Source: Isurus oxyrinchus
Lineage: Eukaryota
Direction of reading: 5' to 3'
DNA: 64,000 nt
Assembly (NCBI GenBank): GCA_026770705.1
Contig: JANJGN010000003.1
Coordinates: 231,322,001 to 231,386,000 of the forward strand
Shown here: piece by piece, positions 1 to 10,540 of the stretch
Layout: the number at the start of each line of letters is the position of its first letter
Position numbering within the stretch: the first letter of the stretch is position 1
Notes under the pieces: model-generated
Seen by the model: only the letters and a program-made list of their open reading frames with translations
Told to the model about the DNA's origin: nothing
Databases searched by the model: none
Translations under genes and position numbers: made by a program

Positions 1-1569
1 GCATTACCTGAAGAAATTATTCTGAAATATGACCTAAAACTACCTATGCTGTAGTAATGTAACAGATGCTTAATTTCTGCTCCTGTCCCCAGTATGATCT
101 GTCACATTCTTATTTATTATATTCCATCAATATGATATTGATTTGGAAGTATTTATGTAGAACTGATTTTTATCTCCTACATTTAGGAGGGCCTTGCAAC
201 ATCCTTATCTTTAATGCTGTCAATTGACTCTTCTTAATCTTGACAAAGCAAAACTGGAAAAAGCTGGGCAACAGCATCAATAAAATGTCAGGGTTTCAAA
301 ACTTGGTTAGTCAGGTAGTGAAAGATAGAATTCTGGAGCCTAGTGTTTATTTAGAGGGACAGACATTGCATAACCTAGACCTCCAACCAAAACCCCTCTT
401 TCAGCCTTCTCCTACATTTAAGCACAGGTGAGTCACCAATTAATACTGACCACTTGAATACAATTAACACAAAATGATATATGATTAACACACTGAACTT
501 ATTCATTGCATAGCAATGTTCACTCTCAACTCAAATTGTTCACATGTGTAAACAGCAGCCTCTGGTCTTTACTGTTGAAATATTAAAACATGTTAAAATG
601 ATCAATCATGGGTTTATTAATTTTCAAATATACATCATCTGGTGCATGTACATTTAAAGAGAATTAGAATTTTGGCTCTGATGTTTGGTTTCCATTAACT
701 TTAAGCTGTTGGGGAGGAAAGTTGTGATGGAAGGATAGTTGCCTCAAAAATTATAAGCTACTATAAATAGATGCTGCTGCCAAATTTTGATAAGTATTGT
801 ATTTGCAAGGAGCAAGAGTGACAGGTAGCAGTGGCCTCAAGAAAGGTATCAGGTTGTTTCAGAGACAGGCAAGATGTAAGGGGAGAAGTGATATGACAGG
901 GAATGCACTGGAAAATACTAAAGTCTAGCAAAATTATTAACAGCTGTTTTTCTATATATTTTAAACTATCAGCTGGGAGATGGTGGAAAAAACAAGAGGA
1001 AGCAGTTCCCCAGAAACATCACTCAACATATCAAATATTAAGAAGCAACACTGAGATTTATACCACATGGATCACATTGAAAAATAAAATGTGGAAGACT
1101 ACATATGAAGATATTTGTAATGTAACTGCCAAATGTTACCTTAATGTATTTCAACACAGGGCTTATTAAAGTAAATTTTAGTACCCATAACGAAGTTATA
1201 CTAATCGGAGCATATTTTAAATGCATATTGATAGACTATAATCCATAATCAGATTCCATTCAATCAGATCTCGCTGCCTTTTGATTTATATTGACAAGAG
1301 TAATGAAAACACTATCCTTCTCCACAAATATGCATTTTAGTTTTTAAATAATGATACAGGGTTAATATTTTCCCAATTTTAGGATTTTTATAAAATTCCA
1401 CTTGGGACAGATTAATGAAAACTGTAATCTCTCCAGCCTGAAAATCTATTGTTAGGAAATACCAGGTGTCCAGAAGTCTTTTGAGCAGACCCAAGCAACT
1501 CAGGAACTCAGTACTACAGTACTTCAGAAGCAAAAACATGGAAGGTACAGTATATAAATGAGTAAAATA

Positions 1570-2680
1570 ATTTTTGAGTATTGCTGAAAGAAGAGACATG
1601 TCTAAGCTTTTTGTCTTGCACTCATCATATTAATACAGGGCCCTGTTCTTTGCAGACAGAAAGAGCATGTACACACGTTGCGCCTGTTTCAGCTAAACAA
1701 ACTAAGTGATAGCCATTACTCAGGTCAATGCCTTGACCAATCAGGGTCAAGCGGCATGGTTTAAATTTCAAATGCCTGACGGTTAACTGTCAATCACCAT
1801 TACTGGTGCATTTTCCATGGCAATGTTTCTACTAATCAGGGTCCACTTGCCAACCAGGAGGAGGAGGTGGGGGTCATAATGTTGATCAAGGAATCAATTA
1901 TAGCAGTGAGTAGGGATGCTATCCTGATCATCACACGAGGCCATATGGGTAGAAGTAAGAAACACAAAAGGGGCAAGCACACTGTTGGGTGTGTGCTATA
2001 GGCCCCCAAACAGTCAGGGAGAGATGGAGGATCAAATATGTATTCAACTTTCAGAGAAGTGTATGAATAATAAGGCAGTAATAGTAGCGGATTTTAACTA
2101 CCCAAATAATAACTGGGATAGTTTTAGTGTGCAAGGTAGGGAGGGAGCAAAATTCTTAAGTTGCATCCAGGAGAACTTTTTTAGCCAGTACATAGAAAGC
2201 CCAACAAGGGAGGGGGCAGCACTGGACCTAATATTCGGAAATGAGCACAGACATTTGGAAGATGTATCAGTAGGGGAGCATTTTGGAGATAGTGACCATA
2301 ACTCAGTTAGATTTAGGATGGTTATGGAAAAGGATAAGGTTGGGCCGGGAATAAAAGTTCTAAACTGGTCAGAAACTCTCGTAAAATTTAAGAAGTATTT
2401 AGATATTCACTTGCCTTGTCATAGCCTCCAAGGCTATGGGCCAAGCCCTGGAAAATGGGATTAGTGTAGTCAGATCTTTGTTAACTGATGTGAACACAAT
2501 GGGCCGAATAGCCTCCTTCTGCACTGTAAACATCTATGAGTCAATCAGCATTCTCTTCTCATACAGTATAAATTGCTGTTTTCCCCTTATAGTGGTATCC
2601 TTGCGCAGTGTCCTGATGAGTTCAAGACGGAAAGTTAAGACATGTCTCTTTTTTCAGCATTCCTCAAGTTCTGTACTGTC
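1570..2680. mobile_element. Short Penelope-derived element with inverted ends carrying degenerate hammerhead motifs, interrupted by a CR1 fragment
   Basis: 1575-1628 (tgctgaaagaagagacatgtctaagctttttgtcttgcactcatca) is the approximate reverse complement of 2613-2667 (ctgatgagttcaagacggaaagttaagacatgtctcttttttcagca). Confidence 0.6.
1856..2542 (+). mobile_element. CR1 LINE fragment: APE endonuclease segment joined directly to the 3' end
   Basis: ORF 1985-2464 has GVCYRPP, DFNYP and GDSDHN endonuclease motifs, then the C-terminal FKKYLD...GYGPSPGKWD. Tail ends ctatgagtc. Same family as 33505-37737. Confidence 0.9.
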
Positions 2681-2949
2681 AAACAACAACTAAAACAATT
2701 GTTATCATTGTTTTATAATGTGTTGTCACCATTTTATATTTCAGGTAAATATTTATTGCCAGCCAGAGGCCGGCAGCTCTGCACCACACTGGGATTGGTG
2801 GCTACTGCTGGTATGGCAGAAGGTTAGGGAGGAAGAGGAACCATGGATGCAAAGTCTGGGATCTTGCTGAGGCCAGGTTGGCAGGCCCCAGCGAAGGCAG
2901 GGTGGGGGGGGGGGTATCTATGGGAGGTGGCCAGACATGTTGGACAGGG

Positions 2950-3236
2950 TATGATGTTGTATGTGCCTGTATGCCACTGTAATGTAAAGGTGCTCGGCAC
3001 CTTGGGACTGGAGAATAGCATCACCCACGGTTTGATGGATAGAGTCACATGGTAATGGACTGAGAGCAGTCTAGAAAGAACGCTCTGGAACCAGCCTGCA
3101 TGGAGGTAACAGCACCATGCAGGTGAGTAATCTGGGATCGGTAAATAGTTAAATGCTACCAATAAACAGTTCATGTTTAAATATACAAGTCTCAAGGTCT
3201 CATCATTGAGGCACCACTGCACACCATGGTACAATA
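2950..3236 (+). repeat. 5' LTR (5' terminus degraded)
   Basis: Aligns with 6070-6374 (e.g. tgttgtatgtgcctgYatgYcactgtaatgtaaaggtgctc). Contains AATAAA and ends ACAATA. Confidence 0.85.
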
Positions 3237-3255
3237 TGGTTGGCAGCGGTGGGAT
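3237..3255 (+). promoter_or_regulatory. Primer-binding site complementary to the tRNA-Leu 3' end
   Basis: TGGTTGGCAGCGGTGGGAT equals the reverse complement of the vertebrate tRNA-Leu 3' end ATCCCACCGCTGCCA-CCA with one extra T. It immediately follows the LTR. Confidence 0.85.
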
Positions 3256-4403
3256 ATCAGCACCATCAGCATAGTACAACAGCATAGTAGCAGGGGCCTC
3301 TACAAGATATCACATCAGAGATAGTACCATAATCTGACATGGTGATCTGCGGTAATATGAAAGGTGACAGCTAAATGCATGAACCCAAAACAGCATCCCA
3401 AGGTATGAAAACTAAAAGTAACTGATGCCAAACTAGAAAGATGCGCACCGAAGAAAAAAACTTGAAGAAAAAGTTAAAGAAACTTCACTACAGACTTGGC
3501 AGTGAGGAATCCGGAGTGAGTGAAAGTCCATAACAGAAAATTGCAAGAGCCTAGTGACACAGTTCACAAGATGGTGAGCAAAGATACAAAAAAAAAGCTG
3601 TACTTACATTTTAGAATAGGTGGCGGTCTCAAGGGTTCCGCAACCAGAGGCCAGCTGAAAGAGAGCTACAAAGTAAAAAATAAAGGTTTTTAAAAAAAAA
3701 AAAAATCTCAAAAAATGGCTGGCAAAGTTAAATAGAGAAACCTGCAGAGTAGTAAGAAAACAAGAAAAAAAGCCTGCAGAGTTTAAGAGGAAGGGGACCC
3801 TTTTCAGTTGGGTCCCTGTCTTCTTGCACAGAGTGAGACGATGAAATCTTAGTTTTAAAAGTACTCTAACTGAAAGGAAATAATGTCAAACGCCCTCATT
3901 TTAGCAGATTCAAGCTTCCAGCCCACTGCAGTACAGGACAGTACCAAAAGTTGGAATGCTCTGTACCTGCATTGATATATTTGTTGCAAAATACAACATT
4001 TGCAAAGCTTTTCTTTCAAAGTTGAGTCAAAAATCCCCCAAGCAACAAGTCTCTAAAAAAAGACAGAGGGAAGCCAACAGTATTCTAGCAACTACAGCTT
4101 AAGTTTAAAAATTGGTTACTGCACATATTGTCTTAAAGAGGCAATGGAATTTAAAGTTGTAACTACAAGAAAATAGCCATGGACAGAGAATTGAAGGACA
4201 ACCCAGATTGAGGGCAACTCTGTCAAGGGCAGCAAGAGACCTCAGAGAAAGGGCAATTCCACTGATGGCAACAAGAGTCCCCAGAGAGTGGGCAACAAAA
4301 AGCTCCAGAGCAAGGGCAATGGTGGGCTCCAGGGAGAGGGAGCCAAAGGACCCTGGAGCAAGGGACACAGATGGCAGTGCAGAGTGAGCAGGGAGTTTTG
4401 AAT

Positions 4404-5470
4404 GAAGAAAAATTATCTGAGGTAACGTGAGAGAAGTAAAATGTGAAACAAGTAAATTAAGCTGTTCTACAGGAGAATGTTCACATTGGAGCTAAGCTGG
4501 AGCAGTTAAAGTACAAGATTCAAGCTGAATATATAGCTCTGAAAATGCACGATAAACTGAAGTATTCAATGAACCAAAATTTTCAAGATCTGAACAAACA
4601 AATTGCAGAGATGACACAAAGGTATCAGGAGGAAATAATGATCCTTAATACCACAGTTGGCAAATGAAAGCAGAAGTTGGGAAAACTCAACCAGATGTTC
4701 AGCCAGGTAAAACAGCAGGCAGATAAGGCACGCAAAGAAGTCGTGACCCTGAAAGACACTTTGGAGAATCAATATGGAGCTATGAGAAACATAAGGAGCT
4801 AAAAAGGATGTTGAATATTACTTAAGAGAAAGCTGCGTTGCGATTATCAGTAGCAACAAAACGATGCAGAGGCCCAGAGTGAGTTGGCAAGAGGTCAACA
4901 AGAAAATGAACAGTCGAAAGAACAAATGATTGTCCTTCAAGATCAAATGCAAAAGGAACGTGTATCCATTCAGCAACATGAAGGAATGAACACTGTCTTA
5001 AACAGCAGAATGGAAGCACAGCAGAAGAAACTCAAAGAGATTTTATTGAATTACAGGAAAGCTCAAGACGAAACAAGTGAACTTCATAAATAAAAGGAAA
5101 ACCTGTTGACAGACCTCCACATTCTACAAGAATTCCTTAGGACAAAGTTTATTATTCTGGAAAATTACGAAGAGAAGCAAAATGACTTTAAAGTCGCTCT
5201 GAACAAACTGAAGAACCAGTTGGCAGAGAAGTCTCAGCAATGTTCTATATTCCAGGAGGAAGCTGAAAGCTACAAGAAACAGACTGAAGATCTGAAGAAG
5301 CAGTTGAATGGAAAAGAGAAGGCATTGAAAGGAAAAGCCATAGAACTTTCCAAACTGTGAACGGAAAATGAAACCACGAATTGCACAATTACAGAACTGA
5401 AACGAGTTAAGACTTTGCGGAACAGACCTGGCCAACAGTGAATCCAAAATGAAGGACAAGGACAAAGTTC
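4404..5470 (+). pseudogene. UACA: Decayed UACA-like coiled-coil coding fragment inside the LTR element
   Basis: ORFs 4884-5093 and 5106-5360 are in the same frame across one TAA: EILLNYRKAQDETSELH...LQEFLRTKF...YEEKQNDFK...LKNQLAEKSQQCS, versus recalled UACA EILANYRKGQEEIVTLH...IQECIKVKY...FEECERKFK...LKDQLSEQTQKYS. Upstream YIALKMHDKLK...DLNKQIAEMTQRY resembles YVPLKVSEDMK...DLNRKLLDVTQKY. Several stops and frameshifts. Confidence 0.75.
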
Positions 5471-6056
5471 TGCTGCAGACAGGAAATGTAAATCCGACAC
5501 TGAAGCATGAGGAACTAGAAGAAGAAAGAACACTGGGGGTCTCAGCCGTACTGAGAACCATGGAGCTGAATGAAAAGACTCGTAAGCTTGCAAAATGGTT
5601 TGAAAATAATACAGCAAGCAGGTGTTTGGCTGAAATTGTGAAACAAGTGGAAATGAAGATTCCATTTGCAAAACGTCGAGCTGCAGAAAGAACATGGTGG
5701 ATTTCATGGAAAAAGAAAATTCGAGTCCACTCTCTGAATGAGCAGAGTGCACATTCTCTGCAGAAGGAACGGGACAAACCCACAGTGTTCGTAGAAGGTA
5801 GATGAGTTGTTAATAAAGGGAAACGCAACTCGAAAGAGAGAAAAAGCTAATCAAAAAGAGGTGGTCCAGTACCAGAAACGCAGATCACTACTATCATTTC
5901 TGCAAATGTGACAGCCCAAGATGTGGAAGAACTGTCAAGCCTCAAGACTGTCTGAATTTATAAAGTCAGAAGCTTGAGATGGGGGAGAAGGGATAGCAAG
6001 TGAAGATTGTATTACAAATTATGTATACTCTGCTGGAAGGAAAAATTTTCTTTGGC

Positions 6057-6068
6057 AAAGAAAGGGGG
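6057..6068 (+). promoter_or_regulatory. Polypurine tract
   Basis: AAAGAAAGGGGG ends one base before the TGTT start of the 3' LTR. Confidence 0.8.
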
Positions 6069-6069
6069 T

Positions 6070-6374
6070 TGTTATATGCTGTTGTATGTGCCTGCATGTC
6101 ACTGTAATGTAAAGGTGCTCAGCAGAGCAAGGGTTAACGTGGGACTGTAGAATAGCACCACCCACGGTATGATGTATAGAGTCACATGGTAGTAGACTGA
6201 GAGAACAGTCAAGGGAGAACACTCTGGAACCAGCCTGGATGAAGGTAACAGCATCATGCAAGACAGTAATATGGGATCTGTAAATAGTTAAAGGTTAAAA
6301 TAAATGGTTCATGTTTAAATATACAAGTCTCAAGATCTCATTGTTGAGACATAAGAGTGCACCTTAATACAACA
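6070..6374 (+). repeat. 3' LTR
   Basis: TGTT...AACA termini, AATAAA near 6299, direct repeat of 2950-3236. Confidence 0.88.
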
Positions 6375-6534
6375 GGAAGAGGGTCAATGTAGGGAGGCAA
6401 AACGCAGGACACATTCTTTTAATTGGCATGGGGCCTGGGAAGAAAGCAATTCTGCCCCTTTTCACTGACCAGGGTTAAGCCTGCCAAGTTACATGTTGAG
6501 TGTAGGCCGCTCCTGTCGCCCATTAAATCAGAGT

Positions 6535-7802
6535 CTTTTTTAATCTATTCGTTCATGGGATGTGGGTGTCACTGGCTAGTCCAGCAATTATTGACCATCC
6601 CTAATTGCCCTTGAGAAGTTGGGGATGAGCCGCCTTCATGAGTCCATATGGTGTCAGTACACCCATAGTGCTGTTAGGAAGGGAATCCTAGGATTTTGAT
6701 CCAGCGACTGTGAAGGAACAGATATAGGTCCAAGTCCAGATGGCTTAGAGGGGAACTTGCAGATGTTCCCATGCAGCTGCTGCCCTTATCCTTCTAGGTG
6801 GTAGAGGTTGCAGGTTTGGAAGGTGCTGTCAAAGGAGCCTTGGTGACTTGCTGCAGTTCATCTTGTAGACAATACACACTGCTGCCAATATGCATTGGTG
6901 GTGAAGACAGTGAATGTTTAAAGTGGTGGAAGGGGTGCCGATCAAGCGAGCTGTTTTGTCCCACACGTGGTCGAGCTTCTTGAGTGTTGTTGGAGCTGCA
7001 CCCATCCAGGTTGTTGGATGCCAGGTAGTTATGGTAGAGCGGGGAATATGCCAGGCCATGAGGTTGCAGATTCTGGTTGTATACAATTCTGCTGCTGCTG
7101 ATGATCCACATCACCTCCTGGATGCCTAGTTTTGAGTTGCTGGATCTGTTCGAAATCCATTCCATTTAGCACAGTATTAGTGCCACACAACACGATAGAA
7201 GAGATCTTCAATGTGAAGGTGGTACTTTGTCTCCACAAGGAGTGTGTGGATACAAGGACAGGACATACCCAGGAAGGTGATGGTGGTGACTGGGACATTA
7301 TCTGTAAGGTATGATTCCAGAAGTATGACCATGTCATGCTGTTGTTTGACTAGTCTGTGATATAGCTCTCCCAATTTTGGCACCAGGTCCAGATGTTAGG
7401 AAGGAAGACTTTGCAGCGCTGGGTTTGCCATTCTGGTGCCTAGGTTGATGCTGATCTGTCCAGTTTCATTCCTTTTTTGTGACTTTGTAGTGGTTTGATA
7501 TAACTGAGGGGCTTGCTAGGCCATTTCAGAGTCAACTAAATTGCTGTGGGTCTGCAATCACATGTAGGCCAGGCCAGGTAAGGATAGCAGATTTCCTTCT
7601 CTAAAGGACATTAGTGAAACAGATTGGTTTTCATGCCAATCAACATTGGTTTTGTGGTCGTCATTACTGAGATTAGCTTTATATTCAAGATTTTATTAAT
7701 GCAAGCTGCCATAATGGGATTTTAACATGGGTCCTCAGAGCATTAGCCTGGGTCTATGGATTACTAGTCCAGTGACATTACCACTACGTCACTGCCTCCC
7801 CC
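6535..7802 (-). mobile_element. Internally deleted CR1-group LINE with tRNA-like 5' head (same family as 11023-15395)
   Basis: Peptides WMGAAPTTLKKLD...NIHCLHH and KLGELYHRLVKQQHDMVILLESYL. 5' and 3' ends are shared with the 11023-15395 copy. Confidence 0.85.
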
Positions 7803-7804
7803 TA

Positions 7805-8003
7805 AAGTGACAATGGTAGTGGGATGAGGCCCTTAACTGTGCAGTAATCGCCCAGTTAAGGATCTCAATTGGGTCATGAGTGGGCAATCCACCCATGGCC
7901 TCCCCGGCTGGAGGGGAGTGGGAAGGGCACGGATGTGGATTAATTTACGGGTCCACTCACCCCCCCATTTTCCTGCCTGCGGGTGAGTGGTAAAATCTAG
8001 CCC
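7805..8003. mobile_element. End of a non-autonomous DNA transposon (Harbinger-type MITE)
   Basis: Ends gtaaaatctagccc, a TIR like those of other MITEs in this window. Interior resembles 53335-54045 in reverse. Confidence 0.45.
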
Positions 8004-8490
8004 TTTTTTTTGCCCTTTGCCACACCTGTGGTTCGGTATTCCAAAATCATTTTATAATCAAGAAAATTCCAAAATCCAGAAATGACTTGGTCCTAAGCAT
8101 TCCGGACTGGAAAGGTTACTGTGTAAAACAAGAAGTTTACCACTGGTCCCAAGTCAGAACATCACATTCAGCCGAATTTCTTATGAGAATGCTGGCAGTT
8201 GCTAATGGCAACCAGTGAGCTATCACAATCAACATGATTACTTTCAAAAACTAAATACATGAATGCAGCTGTTCACAATCTTATCCCACATTATGATCCT
8301 GGAGTGAAAGTAGCAATACCCTTCAGAAGGTCTCCACCACCATCAACAGTTGCTACAAGCTTCAGGAGGACTGTACAACCATTGCTCAGTATCCAGGTGA
8401 ATGCAATTGAGAACATGCCTGTCCAAGGATTCAGTTCCTCACTCCCTGCTTTATTGCCAGAGAGGGTGTCACTCATTCTTAGACAACACC

Positions 8491-8751
8491 TGTGATGACC
8501 GTCACTTTAAGATCAGTTCAACTGAGTAGGGATCACATGATTTGTTTAACCAATGTGTGGCTAGCGCAGGAAACAAATTCTAGGGAGGGATTTCCGAGGA
8601 TAAAATGGCTGGATGAGGGGATTGCTGGATACAAGCAGCCACGGACATTCTCATGTAAATAAAGTTTGTTTTGTTTGACTAAGAAGCCTCCCAGAGCGTC
8701 TTTCAATCCACAAGCTATTGACCATTAAATTGCCATTCGAGGGTTGCGACA
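8491..8751 (+). mobile_element. Probable short solo LTR
   Basis: TGTGATGAC...GTTGCGACA imperfect inverted termini, CACATGA motif as in the 2950/6070 LTRs, and AATAAA at about 8658. No clear TSD. Confidence 0.5.
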
Positions 8752-10119
8752 CTAGCCTTCAAGACCAATTACTTCTTCAAGATGGCCTCAACCATCCTTA
8801 ACAAAAGCTTCTACCATTTTCCTCCAAATCCAAGAGGCTGTGGTAACCAGGAGCAATGCTTTTGCTACTGTCTCTAGCACAGTGCAAGTACAAACTGACA
8901 AAAAACACTGAGATGCTGCTGAACTCCCTTTGGAGGCAGAAAGCCTGTGTGAATTCAGGTCAATGAGTACGGTAAACAATATGCTGAATGAAACAGACAG
9001 GGCAACCTGAAAATTGCTCAATATATTTTGCTGCCAAATATGGTGTACTAACTTAACTACATTCTTAAATGTGGAATGCAGCCAAGGTAGTGGTCTACAT
9101 TCTCAGAATTCCCCAGTCAGCTGAAACTGTATTCGCAAAACTTGCTCTCATGTGCGAGAACTGGAAGGTGACAGTAGAGAACTGTATACCATAGGATGAA
9201 GATCAGCCTTGCAGTTATCCCGAAGGTATCCCAAAGTAGTAATAAGCAAATCTCCAGTGGCATTGCTTACAGTAAGTCAAGGCATGTTCTGAAATGTGCT
9301 TCCTCTATCCCATTAAGTATAAAGATCTAGAAAATCCCAGTGAAATTTCTCTTTTTTGAGTCTGAAAACTCTATCTTATTACTTGTTACTCATCACCCAT
9401 TATTGTAACATATTCTCTCCCCTTCTCTGCAGTAGACATTGGGTACTCAGGCAAACTTTTTCCAAATCCAACCGTGTCCTTCGAAAAGACATAGCACGCA
9501 CGGCTACTGAGCTCTTCTACTGTCTGAAAAACGAAACAATAAAACTAACAATTCCTACCAAGTGACTGATGAGTTTAGCACATCAACAGACAATTAGAAA
9601 AGACATTTGTGTGTTTCTAACTAAACACTTTTATACAGAGCATCTGTGAGAGAAATTAGTTTGCTCTTTTAAGATGTAATCATACTTCACAGAATCATTT
9701 TTTCCCTTTAAAATCTGCTGTTCATCCTGCAATGAATTGTAATTATTTCTTTACTCAAGTCTTCTTCATTAGCTCAGTGTGCTACTGAGGAGAAAATTAG
9801 CTACTAAAATTATTTGCCTGAAGATAAGTGTTGCACTTTATTTCTTTTGAGTTTTCTTGGTATCATGAAGGGAGCAGGACAGGGTTGGAATTTGCAGGGT
9901 TCAGGACCAGGTGAAGGTGAGCATGGACAACATTACATGACAAAGTCAGAGCCACTGAGAAAAAGGGGATGGGGCAGAAGGAAACCATTTAAGCATTAGG
10001 TAGAAAGAGTCAGAGGAAGTGGCTGACAACAAGCAGATCTATATCATTTTAATTCATAAAGAATTAAAATGGAGAAAGAAAAGGTGCCTGAGGAAGGGTT
10101 GCCTGAGGAAGCACCTTGG

Positions 10120-10540
10120 CTTGGTGATAATATTCTTGCCTCTTGTGTCTGAATGTTGTGGCTTCAAGCCTCACTGCAGGTCTTGAGCACATAGCCTAGG
10201 CTGATAACTTAGTGCAGTATTGTCAGTTGTGTTGTTGCAAGTGCCACCCTGAGGGTAGGACTTACACTGAGATGTTATCTGCCTGTTGAGATTGTTGTAA
10301 AAGTGACATGGCACTATTTAAAGGAAAGAGCAGGGAGTTCTCCTGATAGTTTGGCCAACAAGTAAACAGGTTCATTGGTTATTCATCTATTGTGAATGAA
10401 AGCTTGCCATGTATAAATTGGCTGCTGCATTAGCCTACATAACAATAGCAACTACACTTCAAAAGCAAATAATTTGCTGTAAAAAAACTTTAGGTTATCT
10501 GGAGGATCTGAAAGATGTTGCACAAAGCATCCCTTTTTTT
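10120..10540 (+). mobile_element. DeuSINE-like (SacSINE1/AmnSINE1-type) SINE, old
   Basis: Degenerate tRNA-like head, central catggcactatt...gagcagggagttctcctg...ggccaac block, L2-like tail (aaattggctgctgca...cacttcaaaag). Confidence 0.6.

Larger units (their letters stand above)
2950..6374 (+). mobile_element. Non-autonomous LTR retrotransposon (Gypsy/Mag-like) carrying a captured coiled-coil gene fragment
   Basis: Direct repeats at about 2950-3236 and 6070-6374. PBS directly after the 5' LTR, PPT directly before the 3' LTR. Integrase C-terminal-like peptide at 5916-5963. Confidence 0.88.

Noticed and set aside
1312-1599. Minus-strand ORF containing STEFLSCLGLL, loosely like ULK4 NEYLSKCLDLL (the expected next exon)
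   Set aside because: The flanking residues (LVMYIERD..., IVQELPRIL) are absent and the match is far weaker than for the true exons.
5124-5828. 234-aa hydrophobic minus-strand ORF
   Set aside because: Antisense shadow of the A-rich coiled-coil frame; no independent evidence of coding.
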